Shown here: one piece after another, positions 41,554 to 55,806 of the stretch | Position numbering within the stretch: position 1 is the stretch's first letter | How the letters are laid out: each line of letters begins with the position of its first letter | From: Eledone cirrhosa | Lineage: Eukaryota | NCBI GenBank assembly: GCA_964016885.1 | Contig: OZ024760.1 | Coordinates: 24,614,001 to 24,678,000, forward strand | Direction of reading: 5' to 3' | DNA length: 64,000 bases | Made by a program: the position numbers and the translations under genes | Notes under the pieces: generated by a model | Seen by the model: only the letters and a program-made list of their open reading frames with translations | Told to the model about the DNA's origin: nothing | Databases searched by the model: none

Positions 41554-42072
41554 TAGGAACGAGTAGGACCCCGACGGCTGAGCTCAAGCCGTTTCGACGG
41601 CTAATTCTGGACTAAATGAAAATTGTTATCCTGGTAAATGAATAGCCGAGCTTCTCAGGGGTAATATTCCATATATGGTAAAAGTGATTGTCACAAGGAT
41701 TGGTCAAAAGTTTGTTGTTGAGACATATAATTCTATCATGGCATTTTGTGGAAGGAAGGGGTAGCTGAACTTGCCAGTAGAAGAAAGAGGGAGAGGGAGT
41801 GGAGGAAACCCAGTCGTGCGTTGAAAGTGACGACTAATTTTGACCAATCCTTGTGACAATCACTTTTACCATATATGGAATATTACCCCATGAGAAGCTC
41901 GGCTATTCATTTACCAGGATAACAATTTTCATTTAGTCCAGAATTAGCCGTCGAAACGGCTTGAGCTCAGCCGTCGGGGTCCTACTCGTTCCTATTACCC
42001 ACTCTACTACCCTAAGTATTGAGTACTTTGGTGCGTTATGGTCCATCTGGTTCCGTACCACATTTCCTTCGT
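41554..42072 (+). mobile_element. Longest copy of the 994-type fold-back family
   Basis: Arms ~41554-41709 / ~41838-41994 around a purine-rich spacer, then the family tail. (TA)n on both sides. Confidence 0.8.
41885..41980 (+). ncRNA. Hammerhead-like fold with atypical core and extended stem II
   Basis: acccc-(a)TGAGAA-gct cggcta...tagccg tc-GAAA-cggc ttgagctca gccGTC-ggggt. Stems I and III and the GTC site are canonical; the core is not. Confidence 0.5.
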
Positions 42073-42129
<57 letters not shown>

Positions 42130-42242
42130 ACATACACAGATATACATATATGTGCGTGTATATACATATATACATATGTATGCTTGTATGTATGAATGTA
42201 TGTATGTCAGTATGTATGCATGTGCACTTATATGCAGCTATG

Positions 42243-42310
<68 letters not shown>

Positions 42311-42311
42311 C

Positions 42312-42356
<45 letters not shown>

Positions 42357-42700
42357 TGTGTGTAAGTACACACAACAACATAGATATCTAGCGAGCTGAT
42401 TAGAGACCGATTCTTATTGAAAGCAGCTCTGATGAGAATCATTCAGTAATAATTCAAAGGAAACCTTCGCTATATATAGAGAAATCTTCAGCACTTGAAA
42501 GGTGGCCTTAAGGGATTGATGAAACTATGCTGCGTAAACATGGCCGCAATTGTTTATGTAGTGAACATAGACTATCCCCTTAGCTCTGTCTCATTGTCTG
42601 TCTGTCTGTTCGTCGTTCTTTCTTTCTGCCTGTCACTGGACTGTCCGTACATTTATCTATATATCTGTACTATCGACTTGTTTAGACATTTATCTATGCG

Positions 42701-42787
<87 letters not shown>

Positions 42788-42789
42788 CA

Positions 42790-42867
42790 CTCTACCTGGC
42801 ATTCGTCGATCTTGAGAAAGCCTTTGACAGATTTCCACATGCTGTAATCTGGTGGGCTCTTAGAAAA
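42790..42867 (+). pseudogene. 78-bp RTE-type reverse transcriptase shard
   Basis: [26 protein letters not shown] (RT motif A), flanked by (TATC)n. Confidence 0.8.
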
Positions 42868-42886
42868 CCTAACCCTAACCCTACTG

Positions 42887-42983
<97 letters not shown>

Positions 42984-43073
42984 GTGTTTCTATATTTCTA
43001 TCTATCTATCTGTTAGATCGTGTGATGTCCATCACCTCTCCCCTTCTCCCCTCTCTGGCTATATTTTTCTTTT

Positions 43074-43168
<95 letters not shown>

Positions 43169-43227
43169 ACGTACATACATATATGTGTATACAGACGTAC
43201 AGTAGCATGTATATACATACATACATG

Positions 43228-43306
<79 letters not shown>

Positions 43307-43426
43307 GTATGGGTTTATCGAACATTTATTATAATGTTCGGTTTGTTTGTAAACAAACAGCCCGAATTACGCTGTACAGTGTGTTCGGCAACCATCGTCG
43401 CTTTTTTGTTCAACACTGACACAGGA

Positions 43427-43469
43427 ACGATGTACTAGTTTCAAGCTTATTAGCTATCATCAGCATCGT
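43427..43469 (-). ncRNA. Compact canonical type-I hammerhead ribozyme (43 nt)
   Basis: Minus strand: acgatg-CTGATGA-t agct aata agct t-GAAA-ctaGTA-catcgt. Perfect 6-bp stem I and palindromic stem III ACTAGT. Confidence 0.88.
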
Positions 43470-43816
43470 ATATTTTCCTGTCAGATGATTGAACGTTTGA
43501 AAGTATATACTTTCCTTATGCATATTAACGGCTGAGCAGCCTAGTTTGGATATCGAGTGAGTTAGTTGGCCGGGCGTACAGAAAACGATAAATGGAAAAG
43601 AATGAAACGAAATTTCATTTCTCACTCTTAGTACAGCTGATACTTAAATGTAAGTATGTATACGTACATACATATATGTTTATAGACGTACTTAGTATGT
43701 ATATATATACATACATGCACACATGTACGTAATTCGAGCTGTTTGTTTACAAACAAACCGAACATTATAATAAATATTCGGTAAACTGATACGTGCATAT
43801 ATATATGTGTGCCTGC

Positions 43817-43898
<82 letters not shown>

Positions 43899-44245
43899 GT
43901 GCTACTGTACGTCTGCATACATATATGTATGTACGTATACATACATACTTACATTTAAGTATCAGCTGTACTAAGTGAGAAATGAAATTTCGTTTCATTC
44001 TTTTCCATTTATATATATATATATATATATTTGGTTTCTGAATTTGTTTAGCAAGATTCGTTATCTGAAAACGTGTGTTGAAACCGATATTGTTATACTT
44101 TGGGAGGGTCATGTTGCCAATAAGAAACACACGCACCTGTTGCTTTCACTTCAATTGATTATTATAATAAATTTATAATAAATTTATAAATTTATAAATT
44201 TCTGGTTGGTTGGTTGGTTCCACAACCAGATAGTTGTTTATATAT

Positions 44246-44290
44246 TGTAATAGTTCTTTCGTCACACACTCTGTGACCTCTTCAGTGACT
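44246..44290 (-). ncRNA. Degenerate hammerhead core
   Basis: CTGAAGA-g-gtcaca gagtg tgtgac-GAAA-gaacta. Stem I is weak. Confidence 0.45.
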
Positions 44291-44643
44291 GGGGATTCCT
44301 TTCTTTGTTTCTGTGCCTCTCCTTTGTTCTGTCCTACGCCATTTTGTTTCTGGAGAAACACAATGGCGTAGGACAGAACAAAGGAGAGGCACAGAAACAA
44401 AGAAAAGAATCCCCAGTCACTGAAGAGGTCATATATATGACTATGGCTATGACCTCATCAGGCAGTTAGTCAGTTCTTAGATAAGCCAGCTCTGTGTTTA
44501 TAGTGTTGATGGTATCAGAGCCTAGCGACAATATGCAATTGACTTATGTTTCGTCACTATTATAACTCCGGCACCTATATCTTCGTTGAGTGCTCCCTAT
44601 CCGCATACTGAAGTACTGGATTTTACCAACACTTACTTTCTTG

Positions 44644-44678
<35 letters not shown>

Positions 44679-44789
44679 CGAAGGAATTGTGGTAAGGAAA
44701 CAGATGGACCATAACGCACCAGAGTACTCAATACTTAGGGTAGTAGGGTGGGTAATACTTTTTCCTATATATATATATATATATATACA

Positions 44790-45383
44790 TGGGATAACAA
44801 ATTATCGTTATAGGTAATCCAGTTAGAGGTTGTGAATACTCCGTATTGTGGATAGTCTTAGCGTACGGCATTCTTTGACTCGACAAGACGTTTTTTTAGG
44901 TGGCGAGTTTGTGAGTTTTCGGGATTTCCTATGCAAGCTAATCTTGGTGTAATAATAGTGAAAGAGTGAAGAATAACATGGTCAACAGTACAAAAAAGAT
45001 TTATTTACAATCGAGGTTGACTTTGCCTTTCATCCTTACGGGGTCGATAAAATAAGGTACCAGTAATGCACTGGATGATTGCTGGCCTTGTGCTTAAAGT
45101 AGAAACAAGTATTAACAATTGTTTCATTGATTAAGTTGTCTAAAAATTGCTAATCACTTGAAGTTGTGTCACTCAATTTTAAATACAATGCATGTTTAAC
45201 CAAATCATGAGAAAAACAGTTTTCCTGATGATTTGGTTAAACATGTATTGTATTTAAAATTGAGTGACACAACTTCAACTGATTAGCAATTTTTAGACAA
45301 CTTAATCAATGAAACAATTGTTAATACTGTAAATAAAACCTTTTTTGCACTGTTGACCATGTTATTCTTCACTCTTTCACTAT
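44790..45383 (-). mobile_element. Fold-back element interrupted by a SINE fragment
   Basis: Arms 44955-45212 / 45222-45383; the left arm is split by SINE sequence at 45010-45108. Confidence 0.72.
45216..45330 (+). ncRNA. Hammerhead-like fold with ~80-nt stem II
   Basis: acagttttc-CTGATGA-t ttggttaa...ttaatcaa t-GAAA-caattg tt-aatactgt. Palindromic stem III, but the cleavage triplet reads GTT. Confidence 0.5.
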
Positions 45384-45389
45384 ATATAC

Positions 45390-45433
<44 letters not shown>

Positions 45434-45951
45434 GTATATCACTGGAAGGTAATATCCGTAGTGGTAGAGCACTGAGTCCATGGGACGAGTTAGGTAGAAG
45501 TGGTAACACAACAGTTAGTTCACCATACCGAGAACAATTGTTTCACCTTAGCGGATCCTCAGCTCATAATGGACATGGTTATACGGAACAGGAAGGACAA
45601 CCGTACAAACGCGCATGCGAAGAAACGATCACTTCACACAGGCAATACTAAATTGCGTGCGAGTGGTGTAAGGGAAATAGCCACGAAAGTCCGAAAGTTT
45701 CTAGTTGATAAGAAAATTAGGATGTTGTTGTAATTGAATCCGGAGCTTTGTAGTTATGTAAGAGGTGTTTCCAGACGTGTGGACAACGGGTGAAATATAT
45801 ATACAGTATATATATTTATTAAAATAACCGATTAAAGTTTAAGAAAAGAATCGCTGATTTCACCCTTAACAGCACATCCTGAACTCAGAAGATATATATT
45901 TTCCTCATCGAGCCCTCTTTGTATTTTAGTCTTCATATTTATTATTATTAC

Positions 45952-46089
<138 letters not shown>

Positions 46090-46124
46090 AGAAGAAATTA
46101 AAAGATGGTTAAAAGAATTCCATA

Positions 46125-46194
46125 TATTTTATTATGCGCATTTCGAATACAAAATCTTCCTGGGACAAAAATTGTGTTCTCATCAGATAAAATA
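46125..46194 (-). ncRNA. Type-I hammerhead ribozyme
   Basis: tattttat-CTGATGA-gaacacaa...ttgtattc-GAAA-tgcgcATA-ataaaata. Palindromic stem III ATGCGCAT. Confidence 0.87.
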
Positions 46195-46266
46195 AGGTAA
46201 CATGATATGAGGCATAATAGCACTTGTTTACAGGAAAGTGCTATTATGCCTCATATCATGTTACCT

Positions 46267-46336
46267 TATTTTATCTGATGAGAACACAATTTTTGTCCAA
46301 GGAAGTTTTTGTATTCGAAATGCGCATAATAACATA
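46267..46336 (+). ncRNA. Type-I hammerhead ribozyme (inverted partner of 46125-46194)
   Basis: CTGATGA at 46275-46281, GAAA at 46317-46320, tgcgcATA, stem I with one mismatch. Confidence 0.85.
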
Positions 46337-46508
46337 TATGGAATTCTTTTAACCATCTTTTAATTTCTTCTTTATATATACTCCAGTTCTACCAACTGTT
46401 GAGTGCTACTTATCTGATATATGCATAGTTTTATTATTCTACAATATTACTCACCTTCTACACACACGCACACACACACACACAAAAATAGAAACAATTG
46501 TTATTATA

Positions 46509-46707
46509 TGGTGGTGGATTGGCAGTATCGGTAGAGGGTCGGACGCCATGCTTTGTGGTATATAGTTACGTGCCTCTACATTCTGTGTTCAATTCCCGTG
46601 GTTAACTTCGCCTTTCATCCTTACAGGGTTGATAAAATAAAGTACCAGTAATGCACTGGGTAATTGCTGGCCTTGTGCCAAAAGTAGAAATAATAATTAT
46701 TGTTATT
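46509..46707 (+). mobile_element. tRNA-derived SINE (octopus OK-like), near full length
   Basis: A box tggcagtatcggtag, B box gttcaattccc, body gcctttcatcc...gataaaataaagtaccagt...ggccttgtgcc, ATT tail. Confidence 0.85.
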
Positions 46708-46758
46708 AGTACAGTGAATTTGCACTATCCGTGCCTATAGTAGGAATCATAATTATTA

Positions 46759-47180
46759 GGCCGGTGGACTGGCAGAATCGGTAGAACGTCAGATAGCATG
46801 ATTTGCAGCATAGTGTTATGGCTCTTTACGTTACGAGGTCAAACCTGGTCGAGATTAGCTTTGCCTCTTTCTTGTCTTTTATCCTCACAGAGTCGATTAA
46901 ACAAAGTACCAGTAATGCGCCGGGGTCGATTTACACGACATTTATTAGGTCGGTGGATTGGCAGAATCGGTAGAACGTCACACACCATGCTTTGCAGCAT
47001 AGAGTTACGGCTCATTACGTAAACGAGGTCAAACCCGACCGAGATTGATTTTTGCCTTTCTTGTCGTTAATCCTCAGGGAGTCGATTAAACAAAGTACCA
47101 GCAATGAACTGGCGTCGATTTACAGGACATAATTATCTCAACAAAACTATTGGTCTGGTACCTCCAAACCAGAAACCATT
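46759..47180 (+). mobile_element. Two tandem SINE copies of a variant subfamily
   Basis: ggtgga(c/t)tggcagaatcggtagaacgtca heads at ~46763 and ~46952. Confidence 0.75.
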
Positions 47181-47441
47181 AAGACATAAGATACATATAA
47201 TAGATGAAAAAGAAGCCGTCGCTTCCTAAGGCGACACAGAGCTGAACATAAGCAAAGGGGAAAATCAAATTAATATGGAGATTGTGGAGATGTCGAGAAG
47301 CAATAGGAAGAGAGTTATATCAATTTATTTCAGCAAAATTAGATCCTAACTTCTGTTCTTAAATTGGGTATTGTTGACTTTTAAAAATCAGCACATTAAT
47401 GTGTATATATATATATGTATATATATGTATGTGTGTGTATA

Positions 47442-47528
<87 letters not shown>

Positions 47529-47648
47529 TTGTATATATTTATATATAATGTAATATACATATATGATATATATACATGTAAACATGTATATACATTCATA
47601 AACATATATATCTATCTCTCTCTAAATATATACGTATTATATTTATAT

Positions 47649-47708
<60 letters not shown>

Positions 47709-47709
47709 G

Positions 47710-47775
<66 letters not shown>

Positions 47776-47973
47776 AATATATATATATACGTTTATATAT
47801 GTATGTGTATATATATATATGCACATATAAGTGTATATTTGTATAAATGTAAATATATATATATATTTATGTATATAAGTATATATAAATATATACATAC
47901 ATACATACTATATGAATGTATATACATATATATGCATGTATATTACATTATATAAATAATATATATGTCTGTC

Positions 47974-48033
<60 letters not shown>

Positions 48034-48050
48034 GTATATATATGTATATA

Positions 48051-48101
<51 letters not shown>

Positions 48102-48118
48102 GTATATGTATATATATG

Positions 48119-48153
<35 letters not shown>

Positions 48154-48172
48154 GTATATATATATGTATATA

Positions 48173-48812
<640 letters not shown>

Positions 48813-49041
48813 AATGATGGGGTTTCGAGTGGGTGGGTATGTGGGTGTGTGTGTTGTGAGAGGTGTAGATGATGGTTTGGGTAGGATTTGACGACCTTTG
48901 TGGACTGTGGGAGGGAGAGTTCTTGTTCTGGTATTAGAAGGTAAATTCCTTGACATAGCAGTAGACAAAAATGTAGTAGTAGTAGTAGTAGTAGTAGTAG
49001 GCAGAGATGTTGGCAGTGGTGATGATTGGACTGCTGGGCAA

Positions 49042-49084
<43 letters not shown>

Positions 49085-49088
49085 CGTA

Positions 49089-49121
<33 letters not shown>

Positions 49122-49127
49122 GTATAC

Positions 49128-49273
<146 letters not shown>

Positions 49274-49571
49274 ATGTATTATTCCAGTGAGTGTAACACA
49301 GAATATAAAACTGTTTAAATTATTGTTATGGATATTGTCATAGAATTCTATTCAATGGTCGTAGCAGGGAAGGCGTAGTCACATGATCAAAATTATTGTA
49401 GCTGTGAGATTCCCATGTGGTTTATATCTATGGCTATACTATCAAATATATCATTTATTGAATAAGACTATAGGGTGAGATTAAAGAAAGTGTTATCGGT
49501 TACTTGTAGTTAGTAAGTTACTAAAGCAGCAGAGTAGCGCCATACTTGTTGGTTGGTTTATGAGAGAGGCT

Positions 49572-49623
<52 letters not shown>

Positions 49624-49719
49624 TGTATGTTTGTATGTATATTTATATATATATAAATATATATATATGTATATATATATACATATATATACATACATAT
49701 ATATATATATATATATGTA

Positions 49720-49798
<79 letters not shown>

Positions 49799-50035
49799 CC
49801 AAGGAAATGTGGTAGGGAACCAGATGGACCATAACGCACCAAAGTACTCAATACTTAGGGTAGTAGAGTGGGTAATAGGAACGAGTAGGACCCCGACGGC
49901 TGAGCTCAAGCCGTTTCGACGGCTAATTCTGGACTAAATGAAACTTTTAAAATCATATACCAGGATAAAAATGTTCATTTAGTTCAGAATTGGCCGTCGA
50001 AACGGCCTGAGCTCAGCCGTCGGGGTCCTACTCGT

Positions 50036-50201
<166 letters not shown>

Positions 50202-50208
50202 GTATATA

Positions 50209-50327
<119 letters not shown>

Positions 50328-50541
50328 AAAAGATAACAAGGACGATTGGTTACACCGTCATTACAATTATTGGTAGGTGACGCGCGTTTCGCCACTGATC
50401 AGTTCAAGGTTCGATCTGTAAAGATCTTACCCGACTTTATAATCTGCAGCTGGACGGACCCTTTAAAATACTATAAATACTTTTATTACATATATATATA
50501 TATATATATATATATGTATTCATTATTATATATATATTATG

Positions 50542-50587
<46 letters not shown>

Positions 50588-50609
50588 TCATTATTATATA
50601 TATATTATG

Positions 50610-50651
<42 letters not shown>

Positions 50652-50903
50652 GTATAAATTCATACATATATATACGTAGACAAACACAAGCATAACCTAA
50701 TATGTATATACATATATACATATTAGGTTGTGCTTGTGTTTGCTTTTCTACGTATATATACGTATGAATATATACATGTATATATATATATATATATACA
50801 TATATACATGTACATATATATATATATATACATATATATAAGTGTGTATATGTATACAAATGTCAAAGAGAAATAACAAATCAAACGTAACAGTACAATA
50901 TAT

Positions 50904-51027
<124 letters not shown>

Positions 51028-51261
51028 AACTACATAGACGCAAATCCACACACGCACACACAGACACACAAACACACATCTGTGTGTATATATATATATA
51101 ACCATTCGGCAGATTATGTAGTTTGTATATACATTTGTATATAATTTACGGCCTCAACGAAACATTAGTCAGTGAAAACAGTCGAAAATATTAGATGGAA
51201 ATACTGTACATACCTATACATACACCCAAACTTACACACATGATTATATACATAAATACAC

Positions 51262-51294
<33 letters not shown>

Positions 51295-51349
51295 CACATA
51301 TATATATATATATACATACATTCATACATATATACATTCATATATATAA

Positions 51350-51418
<69 letters not shown>

Positions 51419-51520
51419 CATATACATATATATATATATACATATATACATATATTTTTATATATATATATGTATACATATATATATATATATATATACA
51501 TGTATGTAATGAAGGGCGTA

Positions 51521-51576
<56 letters not shown>

Positions 51577-51732
51577 AATATATATACGTATCTATATATA
51601 TGTACATATATATATATATATATATACATGTATATATATGTACATATATATATATATATGTATATATATATTTATATATATATATATGTATACATATATA
51701 TATATTAAATATATATATAAATATATATATAC

Positions 51733-51768
<36 letters not shown>

Positions 51769-51778
51769 GTACATATAT

Positions 51779-51812
<34 letters not shown>

Positions 51813-52003
51813 ACATATATATAGATACTTATATATAGTTATATATATATATATTTATATATATATTTAATATATATATGTATACATATATAAATATATA
51901 TATGCGTATATATATAAATATATATATACGTATATATATATATATACATATTTATATATATATATATATATACATATGTATATATATATATACATATATA
52001 CAG

Positions 52004-52068
<65 letters not shown>

Positions 52069-52229
52069 CATATATATATACGCCCCTTCATTACAACTTA
52101 TCTTTACAAGTACTCCACTTCAGATGGTCAGTATAATTACCTATCAAACTGAATCCCAAGAACCAACTCACGACTACTTTAATACTCTCACTGTCACACC
52201 TCCGCCTTCTTCCCCTTCCCCCTCCCCCT

Positions 52230-52757
<528 letters not shown>

Positions 52758-53325
52758 TATTACTGCTACTACCAGCACTTAACTATATCTCATCTCTCGC
52801 AACAAATATAAAATAAACACCTACTTCTCGGAATCACAGAAAAAAAGAGAAACACTCTTGCGACGAATGGACATAATACAATCGTTTCTCTGGCAACCAG
52901 CTCGAGGCACGATCCATATGATGATTGAACCTGACTCTGAATATCGCCAGGTCCTCAGATACGTCTTGATTCTACGACGCAGATTTTCCTATGTCCTTTT
53001 ACATTAATATCCTTCGTTTGTCGGTTTAGATCCTGTTGTTGTCATTCTAAGGCTGGTCAAGAATTGTAGACGTCATCGGTATTTCTAGCTACTCATGGTT
53101 GTCCACTATTTGGTTCTTTTCATTCTCCACCTGTCAATCAAATTTCTTTCTTAGATTGGAATTACTACTGTAGTAAAGGTTTGTATGCATGAACTGATGG
53201 CGTCCCTTCGACGTCTTCCCAGTCATTAGGCGTCCACTTTACACCGATCACGTACACACCCTCAGCTCCATTGTATGCGACGATCACCGTAAATAATGTT
53301 TGGAGGGAATTTATATATATATATA

Positions 53326-53508
53326 ATTGTTTCTACTTTAGGCACAAGGCCAGCAATTATTCCAGTGCATTACTGGTACTTTATTTTATCGACCCCGTAA
53401 GGATGAAAAGCAAAGTCAACCTCGGCGGGATTTGAACTCAGATCGTAAAGGGACGTAACTATGCTGGAAAGCATGGTGTCCGACCCTCTACCAATACTGC
53501 CCATCCAC
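53326..53508 (-). mobile_element. tRNA-derived SINE
   Basis: Near-identical to 58210-58346 over their overlap. Confidence 0.82.
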
Positions 53509-53582
53509 ATATACATATATATACATATACATATATATATGTATATTACAGATAAACAGAAATAACAACACAATCGGTACAG

Positions 53583-53792
<210 letters not shown>

Positions 53793-53814
53793 TATAGATA
53801 TATATATATATATA

Positions 53815-54688
53815 CTATAAATTATGTCCATAGAATCATTTGATAAGATATACACAATTTTCTCTCCCAATCAGCATAATCAACCACACAAAAAAAAACA
53901 ATTAAACCAGGCTCTGAGATTAAAAGGCACCTATGAAAAAATAATAGATGAATAACCGACAGCCAGCATTTCAATAGCACGTGGAAATCGATTAAATATA
54001 TCGTCAACCATACACATTTAGGTATAAAATTAAAGTTAGAAGAAAAAATGCATATACACATACTAGGATTACGTTTCTACACTTTAGGGTTTCCTTCGCT
54101 TTCGGAAATATCCTATCAAGGATACATTCTCGAGCTTCGAACTCATCAGGAAACAAACTCACTTGGACAAAGATTATTTTAAATGATACCCGCCAGAAAC
54201 GAATTCAAAATGGCTAAGAATTGTGATGTGGCAGTGGTCAAGTCATAAAGAATGTGATTGGTGCCTTGCGGCTAGTGGCTGGTTGCTAGAAATCGCAGTC
54301 TAATATTGCTTAAATTGCATCTCAACCTTATGGGAGATTATCAAATATAAAGATTTACATATACACAAACTAGACAAAGTCATGGATATGTTTTTGGTAA
54401 CCATTCACGATGTGGCTCAATGATGAATTAATAAATTAAATAATCAGAGCAATATACTATAAATTATGTCCATAGAATCATTTGATAAGATATATACTCC
54501 ATTTCCTCTCCCAATTAGCATAATCAACCACACAAAAAAAAATAAAATAAACCAGGCTATAAGATTAAAAGGCACCCATGAAGAAATAATAGATATATAA
54601 ACAACAGCCATCTATTCTCGATCAACACCTATAGAATATTTACCCAGCATTTCAATAGCACGTGGAAATCGATTAAATATATCGTCAA
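53815..54688 (+). repeat. Direct repeat (53815-54007 / 54453-54688); family also at 40615-40953 as an inverted structure
   Basis: gtccatagaatcattt...ctctcccaat(c/t)agcataatcaaccaca shared by all three. Confidence 0.75.
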
Positions 54689-54938
54689 TATATATATATT
54701 TTCAATCATATTTTCAATATATCGTCAATATATATATTCAATCATATTTTATTTGTTTGACCCGAATTTCTTGGTCGTTTCTATGGCTGTGCGGATAATG
54801 GTTTAACCATCGTCTCAGTGTGTTTGGCCTCTTAACTTATGTTGTAGCTCTAGTTCACTAGCTTCTATGGAGCGCTTGCCACACATCTCGGAAATTGTTT
54901 TTCGCTAATTTCCAATAGCCGAAATACGATTCTCGCTA

Positions 54939-55035
<97 letters not shown>

Positions 55036-55199
55036 TGTTATACTTGGGGAGGGTCATATTTGTGTAATATTGTCAGAATTAATAACAGAACACACTCACT
55101 GTTTGGTTGGTTTTCGCTTTTCGCTTCTGTATAACAATATTTGTTTCGACACACGATTTCATATAAAAAACCTCGCAAAACTAATTCATCGCCATTATA

Positions 55200-55235
<36 letters not shown>

Positions 55236-55351
55236 CATGTGTGTGTGTGTGTGTGTTAGGTAATTCCAAAGGAAAAGCAAAGGAAATAACAGTGCTCTAT
55301 GTATAGAACAGAGCTATTTAATTAGAAAGTGAACAACACAACATATAACTA

Positions 55352-55419
55352 CTCCATTACCAAAGGTTTCTGGATCACATACTATAATAATATACATCAG
55401 GATCGTTCGTCAGACAGAG
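55352..55419 (-). ncRNA. Type-I hammerhead ribozyme (CTGACGA core)
   Basis: ctctgt-CTGACGA-ac gatc...gatc ca-GAAA-cctttgGTA-atggag. Same family as 6408-6485. Confidence 0.7.
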
Positions 55420-55564
55420 ATGTTATAGATAAAAGATGTGAAATGAGATTTAAAATCAGTTATGAATTTTTAACACATTTTAAATCTTATTTCCTATCTT
55501 TTATCTATAACATCTCTCTCTGACGAACGACCCCGTTGTATATTATTATTATTATGTGTGTGTG

Positions 55565-55610
<46 letters not shown>

Positions 55611-55619
<9 letters not shown>

Positions 55620-55806
55620 AATTGCTTCTACAGGACTACGATTGTTTCATTCCTAGGAAATCATCAGGAAAGCCCTAAGGGTTTCCTGATGATCTCCTTG
55701 GAATTAAACAGTTCTAGTCCTGTAGAAGCAATTTCTATATTAAATAGTTATACTCTGCTATGTATTGAGTACCTTACTGTGGTTACACCTGATTAAACCC
55801 GGGATA
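55611..55806 (+). mobile_element. Fold-back pLTR-like element with hammerhead-like cores on both arms
   Basis: Palindrome 55611-55742. CTGATGA-tttcc ta ggaat-GAAA-caatcGTA on the minus strand. Tail with tactc...ttgagta hairpin. Confidence 0.7.

Noticed and set aside
42425-42465. CTGATGA-gaat..attc hammerhead candidate
   Set aside because: Followed by AAAG rather than GAAA, with no stem I or III.
54120-54155. Minus-strand CTGATGAG candidate
   Set aside because: No GAAA in register and no stem I.
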